A stretch of DNA of 31,506 nucleotides from a virus (Duplodnaviria; Caudoviricetes), in the IMG/VR virus record IMGVR_UViG_3300044990_000804, positions 1 to 31,506 of that record. One strand, 5' to 3'. The number at the start of each line of letters is the position of its first letter. Position 1 is the first letter of the stretch. A program made the position numbers and the translations under genes. Shown piece by piece: positions 25,447 through 31,506 of the stretch. The notes beneath the pieces are model-generated. The model saw only the letters and a program-made list of their open reading frames with translations, ran no database searches and was not told the DNA's origin.

Positions 25447-25892
25447 CTCTCAATCCTCCATTCACCATTAGTTTTTTGCGCCCACACCCAGCGGCATGAC
25501 CAATACCGCAACTTACACGCCTGAAATTTTACCCGCGCATCATCCCAAACATGACCCCCTTTCACTTCGTGCAATTCAAGCACACCGTCTGACCCCATAA
25601 CCGGAAAGTCAGGCGAATAAAAACACCGTGTCAAGCCGACTTGAAACTTGATCCCCTGGTGACCGTAAATCTCTTTTATCTCGCCCGCTTTTTGCCGCGC
25701 TTCCAATATTCGTAAATACTCCTTTTCGGTTTTGTTCAATCGCTCTTTTACGGGTTCGGCGTACTTGATTATCGGCAATGCTCCATGTGGAACAACCAGC
25801 CCGCGCATGGACGCCGCAACGCCGGACGGTTGTTCATTAAACGTCAATCCAGCCGCCTTAATTTGTTCGCGGGTCATTTGTGGCGCGGTCAT
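25443..25892 (-). CDS. PD-(D/E)XK endonuclease (DUF1064-like, possible resolvase)
   Basis: NKTEKEY, FYSPDF, LHEVKG, DDARVK. Confidence 0.8.
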   Translation of the reverse strand: MTAPQMTREQIKAAGLTFNEQPSGVAASMRGLVVPHGALPIIKYAEPVKERLNKTEKEYLRILEARQKAGEIKEIYGHQGIKFQVGLTRCFYSPDFPVMGSDGVLELHEVKGGHVWDDARVKFQACKLRYWSCRWVWAQKTNGEWRIER

Positions 25893-26111
25893 CTAATTGT
25901 CCTCCCGTTGATCCTCTCGACATTCAACGCACTCCCTTTCACCGTCCCCGCATTCATCCGTCCGGCAGTCCGGCCCGTAGGAGTGCGCCTGGTAGTGCGG
26001 GCAATCGCTGTCTGGACAATAGCCCGCTTGCGAGCGCAGACAGATGACCGAATCTCCGTTCTGCGGAATTGGCACATAGACGAATTTACTTTCGATTGTA
26101 TCGCTCACCAT
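25893..26111 (-). CDS. Small Cys-rich hypothetical protein
   Basis: Fills the gap exactly; C..CPH...H...C...C pattern. Confidence 0.55.
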   Translation of the reverse strand: MVSDTIESKFVYVPIPQNGDSVICLRSQAGYCPDSDCPHYQAHSYGPDCRTDECGDGERECVECREDQREDN

Positions 26112-26770
26112 TCACCCGGCCCTTGCGCCTGAATTAGCGCGTTTCGGAGTTGTTCGACCGGCCCAACCCCTTCCGGCTTGTCCCGCAGGTCATTAGCAAC
26201 AGCTTTTGCCACTTCTAGGGGTCCAGCTTGCCCTACAACCGAATCTAAATCAACCTCCCTACCCTGTTGCCACTTTGCCGCCCGTAAAGCGTCCTGCCAG
26301 TTTGCACGCTTCATTCCTGCCTGTCCGGGTATCCCGTAAAGAAAATACCCGCAGTTGATTGTGTTCCCTCCGAGTTTCTGACCGGCCGGACAATCGCAAG
26401 GGATGAAAAGCGAGTAGGCCATTTGCTTGCGGGTCATCGTCATTTCGTCGGGGTCGGTTATTTCAGGGCACCATTCAATCCAACCGGGTGACATCCGGCA
26501 ATAAGTACAGCCCTGCAACCTCGGCGGGCCGGCTAGGGGCATTGTGGACGGTTTAAACGTGGTTTTAGCGGGCTTGACGCGGCAAAGTTCGGCGGTCATC
26601 CGTTCGATTGACGGGGCTTTGACGGAATCGCGTATTGCGTCTATCGCCCGGCATATCTGATCGCCGTTAATTGGTTGTCCCCCCGTTGCATGGAAAAAAT
26701 GCTTTTCCCATTGTTCCGGGTTAGCTATCGGCACGCCCCACCGTTGATGGTATGATTCAAACCATTTCAC
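26105..26770 (-). CDS. Replication-associated protein (helicase loader/inhibitor slot) with Zn-binding motifs
   Basis: Follows the initiator; AIDAIRD..KAPSI, CTYC...GW, PCDCPAG. Confidence 0.55.
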   Translation of the reverse strand: MKWFESYHQRWGVPIANPEQWEKHFFHATGGQPINGDQICRAIDAIRDSVKAPSIERMTAELCRVKPAKTTFKPSTMPLAGPPRLQGCTYCRMSPGWIEWCPEITDPDEMTMTRKQMAYSLFIPCDCPAGQKLGGNTINCGYFLYGIPGQAGMKRANWQDALRAAKWQQGREVDLDSVVGQAGPLEVAKAVANDLRDKPEGVGPVEQLRNALIQAQGPGEW

Positions 26771-27666
26771 CGTTCCGCCCTCCTGTTTTGGATCTCAATC
26801 TGCTTTGCCCGGTGTTTCTTAAACGCCGCGTCGTTTTCCAGCCCGAATATCCCGTTGAAATCCTTGACAATAAACTCAAAATATCGCGTTCCGTATTTCG
26901 CAAGGTCGTTGTCAGTCAACGCGCCGATCCGGGCAACGGCATACCGGGGGAGGCTCTTTTCGTCGTCAAGGTCATAAAAATCATCCTCCATTTTGCCAAA
27001 ATAGGAATGGACGTAAGTCGCGAAGTCGGTCGGCTTTAACACCATGCCCAATCCACCCCGTACCATAAACGCCACGGCACACGCAAAAAATGCCCTATGC
27101 CGCCCCCTGTCTAGTTTGTGTTTGTGTTCCCCGTCGTCATCCCAGCCGTACCCGATCCGGCAGATTTCCCGCATGGCTTCATTTTCATCAATGACCCCAG
27201 CGCGGGGGGGTGTTTGACCTATATACCCCCCCTTTATACTTCCTTTGGCTTCTGGCTTCTGGGTTATAATATCTGTATTCTCTTTCTCTGATTCAGAGTG
27301 TAAAGCTGGATTTCCGCCGCCCTTCTTTCCAAACTTTGAGCCGTCAATAAACCGCTTGTGATCCCGTACTAATCGGCGGCTGTAAAGCATTCCCGCTTCT
27401 GTCCGGCTTGCTATCCCGCGCTTTTCGATCCTATATAGGATACCTTTAAAGGTCGCCACGTCACAACCAATAACCCTCGCCGTTTCTTCATCTGTCAATG
27501 CTTCACCGTTTATAGCGAGGTGCCCGTATGGGTTGCCGTCCATCATAAGGCAAAGCAGGTCGATCCATATTCCGCGCTCCTCCGGGGTACACATTCGGAG
27601 CATGGTATCACCGATCCAATCCCGGCCATACCATTTGACGTAAGGGTGCTTTTTATCCCCGTTCAT
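26767..27666 (-). CDS. Replication initiator/replisome organiser (YdaU/DUF1376-like N-terminus; start corrected from 27711)
   Basis: PYVKWYGRDW...LRMC..EERGIWIDLLCLM, YSRRLVRD, GKKGGNP-like motif; ATGA overlap; internal TGGCTTC repeats near 27246-27261. Confidence 0.8.
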   Translation of the reverse strand: MNGDKKHPYVKWYGRDWIGDTMLRMCTPEERGIWIDLLCLMMDGNPYGHLAINGEALTDEETARVIGCDVATFKGILYRIEKRGIASRTEAGMLYSRRLVRDHKRFIDGSKFGKKGGGNPALHSESEKENTDIITQKPEAKGSIKGGYIGQTPPRAGVIDENEAMREICRIGYGWDDDGEHKHKLDRGRHRAFFACAVAFMVRGGLGMVLKPTDFATYVHSYFGKMEDDFYDLDDEKSLPRYAVARIGALTDNDLAKYGTRYFEFIVKDFNGIFGLENDAAFKKHRAKQIEIQNRRAER

Positions 27667-27971
27667 TCTCCGCCCTTCCCCTGATACGGGCGATAACGCC
27701 AAAGCGGGCACCCTTTGACATTACAAGCCGTCACCTCGGCTTTTTGATAGGCACAACACTCGATACACTTGGATTTAATCGCTAAAGCCTTCGATTTGCC
27801 AGAAAACGCTTTAACAAATGCGTTTTTGGCTGAGGGTGCGTATAATGCCGCCCTTCGGAGGGTTTCGGCTTCAAATTCATTACTGGCATTTACTTTTTCT
27901 GGGTTAGAATTGATTTTAGCGGCATTGCGTCCGGCTTTCATGGCGGCTTTGTGTTCGGCGGTCATTTTCAT
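27663..27971 (-). CDS. Small Zn-finger phage protein
   Basis: AIKSKCIECC...C....CPLWRYRPY. Confidence 0.7.
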   Translation of the reverse strand: MKMTAEHKAAMKAGRNAAKINSNPEKVNASNEFEAETLRRAALYAPSAKNAFVKAFSGKSKALAIKSKCIECCAYQKAEVTACNVKGCPLWRYRPYQGKGGE

Positions 27972-27996
27972 GGATCTTGTCCAGTCTTAAGAAGGA

Positions 27997-28070
27997 TTGA
28001 CCCCGCCCTTATCCGGTGAAGCATCCGGGCGCATTGCACGCCCAAAGGGATCGAACAGGTGCGGGGTCAA
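27997..28070 (-). ncRNA. c4-antisense-like structured RNA
   Basis: 10-bp closing stem TTGACCCCGC/GCGGGGTCAA; internal GGGCGT-GCAAT-GCGCCC and CCGG-ATGCTTCA-CCGG hairpins; GCTTCAC is complementary to upstream GTGAAGC (28095-28101). Confidence 0.6.
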
Positions 28071-28130
28071 ATTGTTGTCAGGTTTCATTTTCGGGCTTCA
28101 CTCCGATTGACGGGCTAACCCATCCCCGCC

Positions 28131-28160
28131 ACTTTACGGCGGGGCGGGTAGTGGGTGCAA
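28131..28160 (-). promoter_or_regulatory. Promoter for the structured leader and replication genes
   Basis: TTGCAC-18-TAAAGT just after the methyltransferase stop. Confidence 0.5.
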
Positions 28161-28163
28161 GGA

Positions 28164-29078
28164 TTAAATCATGGTGTCCGTCTTTGTGGCGGTCCCGATT
28201 GCGGCCAGGTTGCGAACGGCTTGACGGAAGTATGACGGCTTTAAATCGATGCCGATCCCACGGCGGCCAAATTCAACAGCCGACAATACTTCCGATCCGA
28301 TCCCCATGAACGGGGTAAAGACCGTTTCGCTGGGATTGCTGTATAGTGTCAGTGCGCGCTCGATAAAATCGCGTTGCAAAGGGCAAATATGTTTTTCGTC
28401 TGATTCTTCCCTCGCCTCTTTTTTGTTAAATGTGCGGGTCTGCCGAATGTCAGACCAAACAGGGGAAGCATAAGCCCTCCAAATGTTATGGGATTGGTTG
28501 CCTTTTGGCATCGTATTTTTTCCGGCGTAAGACTTCAATCCTTCAGGGTGAATAATCGGGATTTTGTTAATTCCCGCTTTCCGCATGATGATTGCGTAAT
28601 CCGGTAAACCCGGACGGCATACCGCCGAATCCTTACACAGTTGCTTGTGCATCAGGCCGATTGCCTTTGTGCGGGTTGCCTCAATAAGCGGGTCTTTCCA
28701 AACCGTAACCCGGCCGTGATAGATAAATCCGACCTTTTGAAATGCGCGGATAATATCGCCGGGGAAGTCTTTCAGCCCGATATACCCGTCGCGCTCTTTC
28801 ATGGCGGGGATGTCAATGCAATGGATAACAACCGACCGACCGGGCATCATAATTCTTTCAATTTGTTCAATTAAAACGCCAAACTGAAAGAAAAACGCAT
28901 CGTATCCCTTGCAATTCCCCATGTCGCGCTCGTTGTCTGAATAGCAGTATAAATCAACGAAAGGCGGGGAAAAAATAGAACATCCGATTGATTCACTTGG
29001 TATCGAAGCAGATATTTCGCAACAATCGCCGCAGTAAATCGCATAGCGTTCCGTCACGACCTGGTCAACACATTTCAT
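28164..29078 (-). CDS. DNA methyltransferase (N4-C/N6-A, beta-class motif order)
   Basis: YCGDC, FSPPF (motif IV), KHICPLQ, TPFMGIGS (motif I); ATGA overlap with the helicase stop. Confidence 0.92.
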   Translation of the reverse strand: MKCVDQVVTERYAIYCGDCCEISASIPSESIGCSIFSPPFVDLYCYSDNERDMGNCKGYDAFFFQFGVLIEQIERIMMPGRSVVIHCIDIPAMKERDGYIGLKDFPGDIIRAFQKVGFIYHGRVTVWKDPLIEATRTKAIGLMHKQLCKDSAVCRPGLPDYAIIMRKAGINKIPIIHPEGLKSYAGKNTMPKGNQSHNIWRAYASPVWSDIRQTRTFNKKEAREESDEKHICPLQRDFIERALTLYSNPSETVFTPFMGIGSEVLSAVEFGRRGIGIDLKPSYFRQAVRNLAAIGTATKTDTMI

Positions 29079-30412
29079 ATCCATTTTGGTAGTTCCATTT
29101 TTTTGTTAGGGTTGTACGTTGTTTTTGCAGACGAATAAAAATCCTTCATGTTTGCCACAATCGCGGAGAACATTTCCTCCGCCCGTTTCTCCTTTTCCAT
29201 TAGGTTTTGCAATACCGCCGATTCCGCTTCCGTTGTTACGATGTGCGCCGTTACGGGTTCCGTTTGCCCAAACCGCCAAAAGCGGCGGATCGCCTGATAA
29301 AACTGCTCATGACTATGCGACGGAAAAAAACTGGTATTATGGCAATGTTGCCAGTTCATACCGTGACCGCACAAGGACGGCTTGGAAACAATAGCCCTGA
29401 TTTGACCGTTTGAAAACGCAAGCATAGCTTCCGCCCGTTCTTCGTCCGGCTGACTCCCCGTTATTTCCACCGCCCCCTTTATCATTTTGGTCATCATTTC
29501 GCTTTCAGGGTTTAAGGCACACCAAGCGGCGAATGGCTTATTATCCCTGTTCGCTATTTCGGCAACCTTGCCACATCTTTCCTCGATTGTTTCCCGGCGT
29601 TCCTGGCGTTGCTCATCAAGCGTAACCGCCGCAATCGGGAAAAGGTATCCCGATAACGGAGTGCTTTTCAATATATGGGTTTCATATTTCAAAGGCGGCA
29701 AAGTGAACTTACCGTTATCAAATCCCAAATCAGACGGAGACTTTACCGCCCGCGCCCATGATGCAACAAACCGCCAAAACGGATTGACGCCGTGCCCTTT
29801 CAATCGCCATTTGCCAGTATCCCCGGCGTCGTGGATAAAGTAGTTTGCCAGCATTTCAACCCGCCGCATAATTCCCAACGCTTCGACACTGTTTCCGAGT
29901 TCCGTGTAATCGTTCGGGCTAGGGGTTGCTGAACATAGCAACCGATATTTGACCTTTTGCATAAAGGCGATTATTTCAGTTCTCAACTGGCCTGAATAGT
30001 TTTTCAGGATGCTTGATTCATCGCAGACAACCGCGACAAAATCGGAAGGATCAAAGCGGTGCAACTGTTCATAGTTTGTAACCGTGATTCGTGGCATCGC
30101 CTTACCGATCCGGCTTTGCTTACAGTCGATCCAAAACTTTTCCCCCTCGCGTTCGGTTTGTGCGCTGACTGCCAACGGCGCAAGGATTAGGGTTTTTCCG
30201 TTTTCCTTGCGGCACATATTTTCAGCCCATACCAGTTGCATCGGCGTCTTGCCTAACCCGCAATCGCAAAACTTCGCGGCCCGACCTTTTCGGATTGACC
30301 ATTCAACAAGATTGCGCTGGAAGTCATAAAGGAAATCCGGCATCCAAACCGGCTCAAACCCGGTCATCCCGCCGCATTGCGATTTACGGTTGATAAATTC
30401 GGAGTAATTCAC
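29075..30412 (-). CDS. SF2 (SNF2-related) helicase/ATPase
   Basis: DCGLGKT, CDESS, SATPSPND, HGMNWQ, QAIRRFWRFGQ. Confidence 0.92.
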   Translation of the reverse strand: MNYSEFINRKSQCGGMTGFEPVWMPDFLYDFQRNLVEWSIRKGRAAKFCDCGLGKTPMQLVWAENMCRKENGKTLILAPLAVSAQTEREGEKFWIDCKQSRIGKAMPRITVTNYEQLHRFDPSDFVAVVCDESSILKNYSGQLRTEIIAFMQKVKYRLLCSATPSPNDYTELGNSVEALGIMRRVEMLANYFIHDAGDTGKWRLKGHGVNPFWRFVASWARAVKSPSDLGFDNGKFTLPPLKYETHILKSTPLSGYLFPIAAVTLDEQRQERRETIEERCGKVAEIANRDNKPFAAWCALNPESEMMTKMIKGAVEITGSQPDEERAEAMLAFSNGQIRAIVSKPSLCGHGMNWQHCHNTSFFPSHSHEQFYQAIRRFWRFGQTEPVTAHIVTTEAESAVLQNLMEKEKRAEEMFSAIVANMKDFYSSAKTTYNPNKKMELPKWI

Positions 30413-30633
30413 GCCTCACCCCCGACCGGCAAGCGGTCCAGGTCAACGCCCAATAAGCGGGCCGATCCCTCGCCAATGATACAAGCCGATGGTTTGACGG
30501 GCTTGCATCTAAACGGTTTTCCATAAGACGGGCACCCACAAGTTACGCAAAATAGGTCTGGATGCGGTTCGTGTTTTATTAAATGAAAACACTTAACATT
30601 TTCGCAAGATATGTTCTCACATTTAACTTTCAT
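30409..30633 (-). CDS. Small Cys/His-rich hypothetical protein
   Basis: GGAGG RBS; ATGA and GTGA overlaps. Confidence 0.6.
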   Translation of the reverse strand: MKVKCENISCENVKCFHLIKHEPHPDLFCVTCGCPSYGKPFRCKPVKPSACIIGEGSARLLGVDLDRLPVGGEA

Positions 30634-31040
30634 CCTCCCGCCTCCCGTTTCTCCATCATATTGGCAAACTTTTCCCGCTTGTTTTTGAGGATCGTTTCTT
30701 TTTTCATCCGTGCCCGCGCTTCCGGCCTGTAGTATTTCAAGTCTGGGTTTTGCGGCTGTTTACCGGATGACCGATCAGCCGTTCGTATGCACGATAGACA
30801 ACGCGCTAAAGCTCCATGCGGATATCCGATTGACTCACCAGCCGCTTTAAACTCATCCTCCGTCGCGTATTGCGTAATTGACTGTTTCATATCGCAACCG
30901 TCCGCAATAATGGCCCGCCCGCTTTCCGACCCGCGCCAATGCCAGTAAGCCGACGCCCGTATATGTTCCCTGATTCGATCGACCGGGATTGCTTTTATCC
31001 GGTCCCGTAGCGTTTCAGGGTGTGAGGTGAATAGTGACAT
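30630..31040 (-). CDS. Hypothetical protein
   Basis: GGAGG RBS; operon packing. Confidence 0.65.
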   Translation of the reverse strand: MSLFTSHPETLRDRIKAIPVDRIREHIRASAYWHWRGSESGRAIIADGCDMKQSITQYATEDEFKAAGESIGYPHGALARCLSCIRTADRSSGKQPQNPDLKYYRPEARARMKKETILKNKREKFANMMEKREAGG

Positions 31041-31043
31041 CGG

Positions 31044-31322
31044 TCATCCCTCCAACGGTTGGAAGTCCGTCCCGGCGAGCGTTAAAAGCATTTGTTCGTT
31101 GTCGGGATTTTTGAGCGCGGCCTTGATCGCTTTCATCTTGCGCTTGTAGGAGTCAATGATGGCGTTCTTTTCCTCGCACACCCCGTCATGTGCGATCAAC
31201 TCTTTTTTGTGCGCCTGTAGTTCCCGCTGTTCGTTCGCAAGTGCGGACTGTAGCATTTCCTGCCTTGCGAGTAGAGTTTCCACCCGCGCCGTTACCGTCT
31301 GTTTGTGTGTCACTTCGTTCAT
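31044..31322 (-). CDS. Coiled-coil hypothetical protein
   Basis: Starts 4 nt after the stop of the junction-spanning gene. Confidence 0.65.
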   Translation of the reverse strand: MNEVTHKQTVTARVETLLARQEMLQSALANEQRELQAHKKELIAHDGVCEEKNAIIDSYKRKMKAIKAALKNPDNEQMLLTLAGTDFQPLEG

Positions 31323-31326
31323 GTGT

Positions 31327-31506
31327 TCAAACTTTCTTAAAATTCGGCTTAGTGTTCGCTTTCAAATATTCATCTTGTGCGTCCCGTGCGGCGTCCCATG
31401 CGGCGGCCCATGCGGTGGCCAATCCGGCGGCCCGTGCGGCGTCCCGTGCGGTGGCCAATCCGGCGGCCCGTGCGGCGTCCCATGCGGCGTCCCATGCGGC
31501 GGCCAA
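31327..31506 (-). CDS. 3' part of the Ala/Trp-repeat gene that starts at 630
   Basis: ...[25 protein letters not shown]-stop (TGA at 31327-31329), in frame with 1-630. Confidence 0.85.
   Translation of the reverse strand: MAAAWDAAWDAARAAGLATARDAARAAGLATAWAAAWDAARDAQDEYLKANTKPNFKKV
31381..31506. repeat. Terminal direct repeat, right copy
   Basis: 125/126 identical to 1-126. Confidence 0.92.

Larger units (their letters stand above)
1..31506. mobile_element. Complete or near-complete tailed phage genome (lambda-like head, siphovirus-like tail), ~31,380 bp if circularised
   Basis: Terminase-portal-protease-capsid-tail-tape measure synteny, replication and recombination genes, no host housekeeping genes, 126-bp end overlap with a reading frame running through it. 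Confidence 0.95.

Noticed and set aside
27997-28070. tRNA gene
   Set aside because: Cloverleaf-like size, but no properly placed D/T loops or 7-nt anticodon loop; the architecture fits a c4-like RNA better.
630-30329. The many other plus-strand ORFs in the track
   Set aside because: They lie antisense to well-supported minus-strand genes and show no recognisable motifs.
31381-31506. 126-bp repeat as a biological terminal repeat or att site
   Set aside because: It falls in the middle of a gene and of a tandem repeat; the gpA-type terminase and cos-like site point to ends elsewhere; most likely an assembly overlap.
1-31506. Stop-codon reassignment
   Set aside because: Long genes are intact in the standard code, coding is dense, and TAA, TGA and TAG all terminate well-packed genes.

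Overview
The window is an apparently complete, circularly permuted ~31.4 kb tailed phage genome. Bases 1-126 recur at 31381-31506 with one mismatch, and a gene missed by the ORF track reads across that junction. Nearly all genes are on the minus strand. In transcription order from a divergent AT-rich control region at ~3110-3330 they are: small early genes, a RecE-like exonuclease, SSB-like genes and an Ala/Trp-repeat protein spanning the junction; an SF2/SNF2-like helicase plus DNA methyltransferase; a c4-like structured RNA, a replication initiator, a nuclease and ParB-like genes; a lambda-like packaging and head module (cos-like site, small and gpA-type large terminase, HNH, gpW-like protein, portal, S49 protease, scaffold, capsid); a siphovirus-like tail module with a short tape measure; tail-tip/receptor-binding genes; and a cluster of small membrane proteins, an HNH and a DUF1353-like gene. 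I cannot recognise an integrase, CI-type repressor or endolysin. The most striking feature is that four genes in virion-structural positions (the gpD/decoration slot and three distal tail genes) begin with Sec-type signal peptides, and these same proteins are strongly enriched in the Thr-Asn dipeptide while the leaderless capsid and tail-tube proteins are not. This suggests that part of the virion is exported, possibly modified, and added outside the cytoplasm. All family calls come from motif recognition and synteny by eye; no searches were run.
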